Source: a virus (taxonomy: Duplodnaviria > Caudoviricetes). From it: a DNA stretch of 59,694 nucleotides. Positions within the stretch are counted from its first letter, which is position 1. Each line of letters opens with the position of its first letter. Positions 35,274 to 43,679 of the stretch are shown one piece after another. The translations under genes were made by a program, and so were the position numbers. The DNA lies in the IMG/VR virus record IMGVR_UViG_3300006169_000023, positions 1 to 59,694 of that record; one strand, 5' to 3'. The notes beneath the pieces are model-generated. The model was not told the origin of the DNA, did no database searches, and worked only from the letters and a program-made list of their open reading frames with translations.

Positions 35274-35450
35274 TCAGCGCTCCGGCTTGGGCGCCGGCTG
35301 CGGCGCCAGGTCCTTGGTGGTGATGGTCCCGCGGCACGCCGCGCAGTCGCCGTGGTCCCACCAGAAGGAGTCCGGGTGCGCCCGGTAGCGCTGCCGGTTG
35401 ATCAGCGGCCCGAGGTGCTGGCCCGGGGGACAGGCGACGGGGAGGTCCAT
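35274..35450 (-). CDS. small zinc-binding hypothetical protein
   Basis: C...H...CAAC; coupled start. Confidence 0.5.
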   Translation of the reverse strand: MDLPVACPPGQHLGPLINRQRYRAHPDSFWWDHGDCAACRGTITTKDLAPQPAPKPER

Positions 35451-36016
35451 CAGGGACGCTCCCCGAAGAGGTCGATGTGACGGGCCCGGGCAATCCGGAT
35501 CAGGGAAACGCGCTCCTGGTGGATCCCGGCTTTCAGGAGGTCGGCGCTCTCCAGGCCAGCGAGATCCTTCGTGCGGCGGAGCTTGTTGACCGAGCTGTCC
35601 TCCTTGGCAGTCGCCTGGACCTCGAGCTCCTCGGTGATCTCCCAGAACCGGTCGAAGACTTCGGTCCGAGTCATTCCGGAGCTGGCTTCCATCACGACAG
35701 ACTCGAGGTGAGCGGTGATCACGTGGGCGAAGGCCTTCGACGACGCCGCGACCGCATAGACGACGCGGGTCAGCACGCCGAGGGGGCCGCCGTCCTTCAT
35801 CCACTGGGCGACGTAGCCGACGCTGAATCCGGTGAGGGCACGCCACCGGGCCTGCGTGGCCACCAGCTGGGCGGCGAGCCCCGCGGAGGCGTCAAGGAGG
35901 TCGCAGAGCCGCGGGTCGGTAACCGAACAGCCGCCAAAGCGCTGTCGAACCTTCCGGCCGTTCTTTCGCTGCGCTGCCGCGGCGGGCGCGCTACCCTGGT
36001 CTGCGTGCTGAATCAC
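35450..36016 (-). CDS. hypothetical protein (CII-like position)
   Basis: Helical, coupled ORF a few genes after cro. Confidence 0.55.
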   Translation of the reverse strand: MIQHADQGSAPAAAAQRKNGRKVRQRFGGCSVTDPRLCDLLDASAGLAAQLVATQARWRALTGFSVGYVAQWMKDGGPLGVLTRVVYAVAASSKAFAHVITAHLESVVMEASSGMTRTEVFDRFWEITEELEVQATAKEDSSVNKLRRTKDLAGLESADLLKAGIHQERVSLIRIARARHIDLFGERP

Positions 36017-36288
36017 GACTTCCCCCGATCGCTGACGTGCGCGTCACGGGCAGCCTCCGACGAGCGGACCGATTCGAGCCATTGCGCGCGCCGCGCGTCC
36101 TGGGCGGCGAGGAACCCGACTGCGAGTTCGCGGTGACGGGGAGAGAGTCGACCGCTGTTCTCGTCCAGGGCCTGCTGGAGCATGGCCGAGAGAGCCCCAA
36201 CCGCGAACGCGTCTCCCTGCGCCTCGATCTTCCGCTGCCACTCGGCGGCCCGCTCCCGGCTGAACGGCTTCGGCTTGTAGCGGCTCAT
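36013..36288 (-). CDS. hypothetical protein
   Basis: ATG 36288 in an ATGA overlap. Confidence 0.55.
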   Translation of the reverse strand: MSRYKPKPFSRERAAEWQRKIEAQGDAFAVGALSAMLQQALDENSGRLSPRHRELAVGFLAAQDARRAQWLESVRSSEAARDAHVSDRGKS

Positions 36289-36503
36289 GCAGAACCGTCC
36301 CGCGCGACCCGCACGCGCTCGTCGTCGAAGAGGGATTTCCCGCCCTCGCCGGCCCCATCCCGCCAGAAGCAGGTGGCGAAACCGCCGATCTGCGGGTCGC
36401 GTCCGCGATACCGTGTGATCCGGCTGACCCGGTGGACCGCGCCGGGCAGCACCAGGTCGTCGCCGACCCGCAGCTGGCGCGCGGGGATGAGGCGGGTTCG
36501 CAT
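36285..36503 (-). CDS. hypothetical protein
   Basis: A.QLRVGD.L small beta-barrel-like start. Confidence 0.55.
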   Translation of the reverse strand: MRTRLIPARQLRVGDDLVLPGAVHRVSRITRYRGRDPQIGGFATCFWRDGAGEGGKSLFDDERVRVARDGSA

Positions 36504-36545
36504 CGCGGTCAGAGGGTGGAGGAGGAGAGCACGGGGGCCACCATG

Positions 36546-36824
36546 TCAGGCGGCTTTGGGGGAGCCGATCAGCTCGTCCACCCGCGCGCGGTCCACCAAG
36601 GAGGGAAGGGCAGCGGCGATGTCGTCCCGGATCTCCGGGTACTCGCGCTCGCCGGACAGGCACATGTGCACCTGCTGAGGGTGACGTCCGTGCTTAAGGG
36701 CGAACTGGGCGACACTCCCGAACTCCGCCACCAGGAGCATCTTCAGCTTCTCGCGCCCCGGGAGCTGGGCGAGCGCCTGGGCCATCTTCAGGTCTTCGGC
36801 GGTCGCAGTGTTGTTCGCGGCCAT
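36546..36824 (-). CDS. Cro/Ner-like HTH regulator
   Basis: GSVAQFALKHG..PQQV..CLSG.R.YP; divergent from the repressor. Confidence 0.75.
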   Translation of the reverse strand: MAANNTATAEDLKMAQALAQLPGREKLKMLLVAEFGSVAQFALKHGRHPQQVHMCLSGEREYPEIRDDIAAALPSLVDRARVDELIGSPKAA

Positions 36825-36935
36825 GGTTGGCGCTTACCTTCTGTTTCGGGTTTCTGTTTTCACCGTATCCGGCCGGAATCCGGGACGGTGAACCTGCCCG
36901 TCAATGCCGTTGCTCGTGTCCCGTTTTGCGTTCCT

Positions 36936-36974
36936 GTCCTCACAATAAGGACGATGCGTCCTCAAGTCAAGGAC
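36936..36974. promoter_or_regulatory. two 17-bp palindromic operators GTCCT-N7-AGGAC
   Basis: GTCCTCACAATAAGGAC (36936-36952) and GTCCTCAAGTCAAGGAC (36958-36974), 22-bp period, flanking the repressor ATG. Confidence 0.75.
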
Positions 36975-37736
36975 GAATTTGATCGGGCCGTACTAGCAGC
37001 CTTTCTCCGACCGCGCGTGAGAGAGGTGGTCGGTGACGGCTCGTACAGAGAGGCTGCGGCGCAGATCGGCGTCTCCAAGGGAGCGATCGAAAACTTCCTG
37101 AAGGGCAGTGTCCCCCAACGCGATGTGCTTCGGCGGATTCGCGAGTGGGCGGCGGAGCGGGGATGGGAGTACAGCGAGGCTCCTCTCGGCGCTGACCATG
37201 GGGTCGACGCAATCGCCACCCGGCCCGATGGTTCTACGCTGCTGATTCAGGCAAAGGGGAACAGCCGCCCACCTCGAGCGAACGAGAGGAGCGGCGAGTC
37301 GATTCGGGCCATACGGATCCGGGCCGGCCAGTCTGTGGAGGAGTTCGCTGCCGGCTTAGGCGTGGAGCCGCGGACCGTTCGCCTGTGGGAAACAGGAGAG
37401 GTGCTGCCCGACGAGGTGGCCCTCGAGCGGATTGCGGAGCGAACAGGTACCCTGGTGCTCTTCGTTCGGTATGACTGGCCGCCGAGAGAGGAATCGGCTG
37501 AAGACGCCGTCTACCGCGACGAAGAGGTCCGGGTTGGTGTTGACGTGGCCGACAGCGTTTTTCGGGACCTGGCCGACGTCGCCAGGACGCTGCGGCAGAT
37601 CGGCCCGCCGGGGATGGATTACAAGGACAAACGTGGTGCGCTGGACGCGATCGCCGACTATTACGCGCACGTCGGGAAGCGCCGGCCCCAAGAATGGTGG
37701 GACCTGCATGAAGCGCTCGAGGCCGGAAAGATCTGA
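36954..37736 (+). CDS. CI/ImmR-like repressor with two XRE HTH domains and an Mrr-like segment between them
   Basis: AAGGA RBS, ATG 36954; SYREAAAQIGVS.GAI.NFL.G; D.GVDAIA...LIQAK; IR.IR...G.S.EEFA..LGV..RTV..WE.G. Confidence 0.85.
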   Translation: MRPQVKDEFDRAVLAAFLRPRVREVVGDGSYREAAAQIGVSKGAIENFLKGSVPQRDVLRRIREWAAERGWEYSEAPLGADHGVDAIATRPDGSTLLIQAKGNSRPPRANERSGESIRAIRIRAGQSVEEFAAGLGVEPRTVRLWETGEVLPDEVALERIAERTGTLVLFVRYDWPPREESAEDAVYRDEEVRVGVDVADSVFRDLADVARTLRQIGPPGMDYKDKRGALDAIADYYAHVGKRRPQEWWDLHEALEAGKI

Positions 37737-38268
37737 GGACCAGCTGGTAGTGTGGGCCGCGGCCAAGCTCGTGGAACGGGCTCGCGAGACCGCACCGGAC
37801 TACGCTGCGCGCGGCGTACAGGCAGGCACTCACATGGTGTCCAAGCTGCTGACAGAGGGCGGCTGCTACCTGTCGTTCCAGCCGCTGTCGGAGACCACGG
37901 AGGCGATGGTTATGCCGCCAGTGGACGGCGTGAACATCATCGTGATGAACAGCGAAGGTGGGTGGGCTGATGCCGACCTTCGCGTGCGGCACGAGCTCGC
38001 ACACGTTCTCGCTGGCGAGGTGGCCGAGCCGACGTTCATGGACGCGGAGTCTGAGGAGTGGTCAGAGCGCGTCGCTGACCTGTTCGCCCTAGCCGACCTG
38101 GTCCCTGGGCGAGAGCTGCAGCGGGCGCGGCGTCGTCGGCAATCGTGGCGAGAGGTGAAGGCGTACGTTCGCGACTGGGTTGAGATGTTCGCCGGGGCGT
38201 GGGACGAGGGAAGGGTGGGGGACCGCGTCCGACTCCGGGTGATGCTGTATCGCCTACATGGGATCTAA
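37708..38268 (+). CDS. ImmA/IrrE-family metallopeptidase (antirepressor)
   Basis: I.MN...RVRHELAHVL...SE..ADLFA...LVP; overlaps the repressor 3' end. Confidence 0.8.
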   Translation: MKRSRPERSEDQLVVWAAAKLVERARETAPDYAARGVQAGTHMVSKLLTEGGCYLSFQPLSETTEAMVMPPVDGVNIIVMNSEGGWADADLRVRHELAHVLAGEVAEPTFMDAESEEWSERVADLFALADLVPGRELQRARRRRQSWREVKAYVRDWVEMFAGAWDEGRVGDRVRLRVMLYRLHGI

Positions 38269-38276
38269 GGCTGCAG

Positions 38277-38810
38277 ATGCGATCTGTTGCTAGACTCGCC
38301 CTCCTCGCGTGCTTCGCGCTGGCCGCTCCGACGGCAGCACAGGGCTATTCCCTCGAGTCTCGTGTCGACGAGGTGGATGGCTCCGAGACGCGCTTCATGC
38401 GCGGGAACGTGCTCGGGGGCGGCGGCCGGAACGACGCCAGGGTCGAGCTCAACGCTCAGCGTGCCACGGCGGCGGGGCGCTCGCGCTTCACCTTGGCCCT
38501 CCGCTACGAGTGGAGCGGCTGGATGTTCATCGAGCCCGGCCCCTCACTGATCCTGATGGCCGATGGCGAAAGGATCGTGCTCGAGGGGGAGGGCAGCGGG
38601 GCCCACCGCCAGGTGGGTGATCGCGGCAGCGTCACGGAGTGGTCCTACTACGTGGTAACCCCTGAGCAGATAGAGCGGATTGCCACGGCCGAATCGGTCA
38701 CGGTGCGGATCATCGGATCTCGCTTCAATCTCGATCGGGACCTCACTGACGAGAATCGTCAACGGTTCCGGGAATTCGTCCACACCTTCGCGTCGCCCCA
38801 CTCTCCGTAG
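38277..38810 (+). CDS. exported protein with a signal peptide
   Basis: MRSVARLALLACFALAAPTAAQG followed by a beta-rich domain. Confidence 0.75.
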   Translation: MRSVARLALLACFALAAPTAAQGYSLESRVDEVDGSETRFMRGNVLGGGGRNDARVELNAQRATAAGRSRFTLALRYEWSGWMFIEPGPSLILMADGERIVLEGEGSGAHRQVGDRGSVTEWSYYVVTPEQIERIATAESVTVRIIGSRFNLDRDLTDENRQRFREFVHTFASPHSP

Positions 38811-38875
38811 CTCGCGAAGGCCCTCCTCGCAGCACCGCCCGTCCCTAATCACCCCCCAGGGAAGAGAAGCGACCC

Positions 38876-40039
38876 ATGACCATCGTAGTAGCCGAGGATT
38901 TTCGCACGAAACTGGTCGCGCACGCCCAGGTGGCCGTCGAGCGCGCCGGGCGAGCGACCACCGAAGCGGCCACCAATCAGTACCTGGTGCTGCCGTTCCT
39001 TCAGCTGCTCGGCTACGATCCGCTCGACCCAGACGAGGTTGTTCCGGAGGCGCACGCATCGTTCAGCGACAAGTTCAAGAACCGTGTGGACTACGCGATC
39101 TGCCAGATGGGGAAGCCGGTGATCGCCGTGGAGTGCAAGCGTGTCGGCACCCTCGGAGAAGGCCATAAAGGCGAGCTGAAGGGCTACTTCAACGCGGTAC
39201 CCACGGTGAAGCTCGGGATTCTCGCGGACGGGCTCATCTTCCAGCTGTTCACGGACACAGGGGCCGAGAACATGATGGACGACGAGCCGTTCGCGGTTGT
39301 CGATCTGCGCGAGGCCGCGGATGACAAGATCGATGCGACCGCACTGGACGCTTTGCAGCGCTTGCGGAAGGGGACGTTCGATCCGGCCAACGTAGGGGCG
39401 GATGCTAGGCGGAAGATGCTGGTCGCGACCTACGTAGGCATCCTGGATCGCAACCTCTGCAATGTCCCGGACGAGCGGTTCGTCCGGGTGGCGATGGACA
39501 TCGCCAGCGTGGATGGGCGACGCACTACTCGGCTCATCGAAGAGCACGCTGCACTGATCGTCGAGGCCGCGGGTCAGCTTCTCGACCGGAAGATCCTCGA
39601 GAGGGTAGGCTTCGCCGAACGGAGCGACATCGTCCGGATGAAGCCTGAGCAGATCCAGATCCCGGCGATCGTCGCACCGCCGCCTCCGCCAGAGGACGCG
39701 AGTGCCATCGGGAGCGGTGTCGTCACTACCGAGGCGGAGCAGCTGGTGTGGGACTATGTCAGGACACGACTTCCGTTCCTGATTGATCGGGACGAGGCGA
39801 CCTTCCGCGCGCTCACCCATGTGCGGTGCGTCGATCACAAAACCGTGTTCTGCGTCTACTACAAGCAGGAGCGGAAGGGGAAGCTGTTCGATTTTCGGGA
39901 GACGGTCGGGTCGCCGAGGCTTCGCTTCGCCTTCGCGGCTCCGGAGGGAGCGGAGTCCGTGAGCACGGACAGCATCAGCGACATCGACTCGGCGCTCTTG
40001 GCTGCCTTCACCGCACGGATCTCTGAGCTCGGCGCATGA
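38876..40039 (+). CDS. HsdR-N-like PD-(D/E)xK nuclease domain protein
   Basis: TE.AT...V.PF...LGYD..DP.EV.PE, VDYAI, IAVECK, L..YF, G.L.DG, D....N.MD..PF. Confidence 0.85.
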   Translation: MTIVVAEDFRTKLVAHAQVAVERAGRATTEAATNQYLVLPFLQLLGYDPLDPDEVVPEAHASFSDKFKNRVDYAICQMGKPVIAVECKRVGTLGEGHKGELKGYFNAVPTVKLGILADGLIFQLFTDTGAENMMDDEPFAVVDLREAADDKIDATALDALQRLRKGTFDPANVGADARRKMLVATYVGILDRNLCNVPDERFVRVAMDIASVDGRRTTRLIEEHAALIVEAAGQLLDRKILERVGFAERSDIVRMKPEQIQIPAIVAPPPPPEDASAIGSGVVTTEAEQLVWDYVRTRLPFLIDRDEATFRALTHVRCVDHKTVFCVYYKQERKGKLFDFRETVGSPRLRFAFAAPEGAESVSTDSISDIDSALLAAFTARISELGA

Positions 40040-40251
40040 TCGACGGGGCCGCCCACGTCCTGGCTGAAGTCTTCCCGGCCATGGTCGAATGGGACCTGCT
40101 GCGGAAGCGGGGCGAGGAGGAGCGGGCGCCACCCTGGGGGACCCGGGAGCATTGGCTCTGGTGGTTCGCACCGCGGCCGGGGCAGCCGTACGGGCCGCTG
40201 CTGGGGCGGCCGGAGGACGAGCACGAGCTCCGCCGTGAGCCCAGTCGGTGA
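40036..40251 (+). CDS. hypothetical protein
   Basis: ATGA overlap with the upstream gene. Confidence 0.45.
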   Translation: MIDGAAHVLAEVFPAMVEWDLLRKRGEEERAPPWGTREHWLWWFAPRPGQPYGPLLGRPEDEHELRREPSR

Positions 40252-40691
40252 CGGACCCCAACGACCTGGACGAGCTCGGCCGGAAGCTGCTTCAGGCGAT
40301 CGAGTGGAAGGTCCGCGACGCCGGGATCGACTGGGCGGTCGACGCGGCCTGGAACGACGAGCGGTTCGAGGCGACGCTCACCCGAGGCGAGCTGGTGATC
40401 CGGGACGGCTACGTGATGGATCCGCCCTGGTGGCGCCGGCAGATGGACGCTCGGGATAGGATCGCCGCCGTGTTGATCGCCACGCACGCGCAGTACGCCG
40501 ACGCAGACGAGGACGGGTACCGGATCGCGGAGATCGAGCTCGGCGGCGTCCCCGAGCTGGTGCAGCTCGCGCCCGGGGTACGGATGGGCGGCGGGGGCGG
40601 TGGCGGCCGCGACCGGTTCTTTCGGCTGGGAGAGCACCAGGGGCTGCTGTGGGAGCAGGCGCTGGCGAATGGGTGGGTGAGAATCCTCTGA
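40248..40691 (+). CDS. hypothetical protein
   Basis: GTGA overlap; GC3-rich codon usage. Confidence 0.6.
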   Translation: MTDPNDLDELGRKLLQAIEWKVRDAGIDWAVDAAWNDERFEATLTRGELVIRDGYVMDPPWWRRQMDARDRIAAVLIATHAQYADADEDGYRIAEIELGGVPELVQLAPGVRMGGGGGGGRDRFFRLGEHQGLLWEQALANGWVRIL

Positions 40692-40722
40692 GGGTCGCCT
40701 TTATCCATAGGAGAGGCTCCGT

Positions 40723-41622
40723 TTGGATAGTAGCTCAACTCATGTCTCACTCGTTGCCGGCGATCGCCGGCTTCAGCGCCTGTCACGCCTTGACCCGCGT
40801 CGGTACCTGTACCGATATGCCTACGTTCGCCGGAAGCGTGACCGCGTAAAAGGCTACTTCCGGATTGTTTTTCAGTCGAGCGCGGCGCCGTATGTGGTCC
40901 GCTGGGTCGGGTTCGCCATCTTCGCGCTCGCGGCGCTACCAGACTTCCTTGGCGTGAGCGGGTGGAGGCGGATCGTTCTTTACGCGATCCTCCTGATGCT
41001 GTGGGTGGCACTTGAATCGTTCAAGGAGTTTCTGTCGGGGCATGAGCTAGACAACTACCGGAACGTCTTCAGGTGGACCGCAGACCTTATCAGCGACCTT
41101 TCCGGGCGCACACGACTTGGGGCTCCGCGGAATCCTGATCTCGCGATTACCGCCCTCCTGCGGCGCGTTGCGCAGCTCGCACGCGAGACCATGAAAGCGC
41201 CCCACGGGACGGAGTTCTCGGCCCACCTGCTGCGACCAGTGCTGTGCCCCGGGTGCCGCGGCCTCCAAGGGCTGCAGGCCATTTACCACGACGACGCACG
41301 GCCAGGACGTCGGCACGAGCTAATTCCCTTGGATGCGCCGGGCGCGCCGCTTACCTTCGAAAAAGGCGCAGCGGCGTATATCCCGGATACTAATCTCGCT
41401 GGCCATCCTCGGGTAAAGGACAAGCCCTACCAGTCCGTGGGCACCTTCCCAATCTGGGTCGGGCCGCCTGGCGCCGGCGGAAAGGTCTTCGCGGTGTTGT
41501 CTATTGATGCGACCTGCGCGAACGTATTCACTGCGGCGAGTGTAAAGGATCTTGCACCATTCGTAGCGCCGATCGCTCAGTTGATCGGTTTGGCCCTCAC
41601 CTTAGATGGGAGGCCGAGATGA
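40723..41622 (+). CDS. two-TM protein with a C-terminal GAF-like domain
   Basis: Two hydrophobic helices; Y.S....PI......VFAVLSID....F; lower GC; start uncertain. Confidence 0.65.
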   Translation: MDSSSTHVSLVAGDRRLQRLSRLDPRRYLYRYAYVRRKRDRVKGYFRIVFQSSAAPYVVRWVGFAIFALAALPDFLGVSGWRRIVLYAILLMLWVALESFKEFLSGHELDNYRNVFRWTADLISDLSGRTRLGAPRNPDLAITALLRRVAQLARETMKAPHGTEFSAHLLRPVLCPGCRGLQGLQAIYHDDARPGRRHELIPLDAPGAPLTFEKGAAAYIPDTNLAGHPRVKDKPYQSVGTFPIWVGPPGAGGKVFAVLSIDATCANVFTAASVKDLAPFVAPIAQLIGLALTLDGRPR

Positions 41623-41804
41623 AGGGAATAAAGCCGGTGGATCAGAAGGAGCACTGCCACGGAGAACTCGAATTTGTCGAATTCGAGGAGCTGCCGAGAA
41701 CCCCAGTTCAGCCTTACAGGCCATCGTTCAGGGAGTATCTGCGGCTGGCACGACGACGGTTCATACCGAGACTGAGGCTTGACCAGCCCCGGGAGACGAT
41801 ATAA
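41619..41804 (+). CDS. small hypothetical protein
   Basis: GGAGG RBS and ATGA coupling to the GAF gene. Confidence 0.5.
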   Translation: MKGIKPVDQKEHCHGELEFVEFEELPRTPVQPYRPSFREYLRLARRRFIPRLRLDQPRETI

Positions 41805-41809
41805 CGACA

Positions 41810-41846
41810 GGATTGGCCCCGCGGTGCTGAACCGCGGGGCCAATCC
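41810..41846. terminator. perfect 16-bp hairpin between convergent transcription units
   Basis: GGATTGGCCCCGCGGT-GCTGA-ACCGCGGGGCCAATCC. Confidence 0.8.
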
Positions 41847-41848
41847 GC

Positions 41849-42520
41849 TTACCAGATCCGCAGCGACCGCTCCACCTGGAGGTGCACCCGGCCGTCGCTC
41901 TCTGCCCTCAGCTCGGCTGCAAAGCCGCATCGTAGGCAGGGCGTCCAGCGCAGGCCTGCGGCCGCGCGCGGCTCGATACTGGGGGGCCTCCCGCGCGGAT
42001 CCACCGCGGTGGCCACACCGATTCGTCCGAAGGCCCGCAGGTGGCCCAGCCTGGCCCGGTCGCACGCCACCCGCCCGTCCGGCGCGATCGCCCATCCGTC
42101 GTCGCACCTGGAAACGTCATAGCTCAGTGTCTGGGGCTGCAGCTGCCCTGCGCTGTCCGCCCGCACGCCGGCGTCCGCCTCGAGCTGCCCGCCCCCGCTC
42201 ACCTGGACGCTCAGGAACACCGTGTCTGGCGAGGGGATGACGGTGTCGTAGACCACGACCCGCTCCGGCCGCAGGACCTGGACGCCGGCGAGGCGCCGCC
42301 GCAGCTGATCGAGGAGCCGGGCGCTGTCCCCGAGCTGGCGCTGCAGGTGGGCGACCCGGACGCCGTACGCGGCCGCGGGAAGGGAGTCGACGCGGGTGTA
42401 CGCGATCGGCGGGCCGGGATCGCCGCCGCAGCCGCGGAGCGCCACCAGCAGCACCAGGACCAGCAGCGCCGGACCCACAAGGACCGGGAGCCAGGGGACG
42501 CGCAGGCGGATCTGGGTCAT
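41849..42520 (-). CDS. membrane-anchored lysis-cassette protein, spanin candidate
   Basis: N-terminal TM ending LRGC, coiled coil, amphipathic beta strands ending in Trp. Confidence 0.55.
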   Translation of the reverse strand: MTQIRLRVPWLPVLVGPALLVLVLLVALRGCGGDPGPPIAYTRVDSLPAAAYGVRVAHLQRQLGDSARLLDQLRRRLAGVQVLRPERVVVYDTVIPSPDTVFLSVQVSGGGQLEADAGVRADSAGQLQPQTLSYDVSRCDDGWAIAPDGRVACDRARLGHLRAFGRIGVATAVDPRGRPPSIEPRAAAGLRWTPCLRCGFAAELRAESDGRVHLQVERSLRIW

Positions 42521-42649
42521 CGCGTTTCCGCAGTCAGAGAATGGAGCGCGGTCGTCATCGCCGGCGCCGCACCGGTCCCACCAGCCAGCCGAGCACCCGC
42601 CACCACCGGATCCTCGGCAACCTCCGCGGCCGCTGCCGGAATCGCCGCA

Positions 42650-42880
42650 TCAGTCACCGTCGTGCACGAGCACCAGGTCACCGTGCCGGTTCAGGCGCAC
42701 CCGGTACCGGACCACCGGGATGTCCGCGGGCACGCCGACCGCGAGCAGGAGCCGCGCTTCCGTCTCGCTGAGCTCGGCGTCCGCCGGGAGGTCGAGCGTG
42801 GCCACGCCGAGCCGTGGCGAGAAGAAGCGGTCGCCGCAGCGCGGCCCGCCGATGCACTCCAGCGCCGGTCGCGGCACCAC
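42650..42880 (-). CDS. hypothetical protein
   Basis: IGGP.CG...Y motif; in operon direction. Confidence 0.5.
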   Translation of the reverse strand: MVPRPALECIGGPRCGDRFFSPRLGVATLDLPADAELSETEARLLLAVGVPADIPVVRYRVRLNRHGDLVLVHDGD

Positions 42881-42884
42881 TGCC

Positions 42885-43076
42885 TCACGCGCGACGGCCG
42901 CGGAGACGGCCCAGCACCAGGTCCGCCACGCGCAGCACGGTCTGAACGACCGCGGAGACGGCGAAGACGATGAGCAGGATGGCCACGCTGATCAGCAGCC
43001 CGATCACCAGGCCGCCGCCGATCACCACCAGCAGTTCGGGGAGCACCGGCCGCCTCAGCTCGTCCCGGTACCGCAC
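42885..43076 (-). CDS. small membrane protein
   Basis: Long hydrophobic stretch and a basic C-terminus. Confidence 0.55.
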   Translation of the reverse strand: MRYRDELRRPVLPELLVVIGGGLVIGLLISVAILLIVFAVSAVVQTVLRVADLVLGRLRGRRA

Positions 43077-43672
43077 GCCGCCTCCATCAGTGCGCGGGCA
43101 CCGGCCTCGTCCAGCAGCAGCCACTGGTACGTGATGGCGTTGTCCAGCAGCTCGGCGGCGACGGCATGGGCCTCCTCGACGGAGCTCCAGACGCCGAGCG
43201 CGACGCCGACCTGGGCCTCCGCACAGAAGGCCTCCGCTTCGTCGCGCGCCGCGCGCACGTGGTCGCGCCACATGAGGTTCGCGCCCAGGCAGCCCAGCGG
43301 CTTCGCGCGGCGCGCGTGGGCGATCTCGTGGGCGGCGGTGACCAGCGCCATCGGGTGACCGACGATCCAGGCGGAGACCACGGGCTCGGGATCCGGCAGG
43401 CTGCAGTTCCACGCGGTGAAGCCGAACCGGAGGATCGTCGCCGGACCCGGCCCGAGGTCCGCGCCGCGCGCGACCAGGTGCGGCGCCGCGGCGGGGCTCG
43501 GCATTTCGTGCGAAATGGAATCGGTCGCCGGCGCCCGCACCGGGACGATCGGCGGATCCGACGGCCGCGATGCGCGCCCGAGGCAGGAGAGGAGGAGCCA
43601 GCCGGCGGAGAGGATGAGGATGACGGTGGAGGTCCGTGGACCGGTACGGGGAGAGGAGGCGGGGGTGCGCAT
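43055..43672 (-). CDS. membrane-anchored/lipoprotein HExxH metallopeptidase-like protein
   Basis: VILILSAGWLLLSC; AAHEIAH...EAEAFC. Confidence 0.55.
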   Translation of the reverse strand: MRTPASSPRTGPRTSTVILILSAGWLLLSCLGRASRPSDPPIVPVRAPATDSISHEMPSPAAAPHLVARGADLGPGPATILRFGFTAWNCSLPDPEPVVSAWIVGHPMALVTAAHEIAHARRAKPLGCLGANLMWRDHVRAARDEAEAFCAEAQVGVALGVWSSVEEAHAVAAELLDNAITYQWLLLDEAGARALMEAACGTGTS

Positions 43673-43679
43673 CGTGGCC

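Noticed and set aside
36859-36892. Inverted repeat TTCACCGT...ACGGTGAA in the cro leader as an operator
   Set aside because: Single copy and unrelated to the GTCCT/AGGAC operators; it may be a leader hairpin but a function is unsupported
41779-41805. Plus-strand promoter TTGACC...TATAAC
   Set aside because: The spacer is only 15 bp and it points directly into the terminator hairpin
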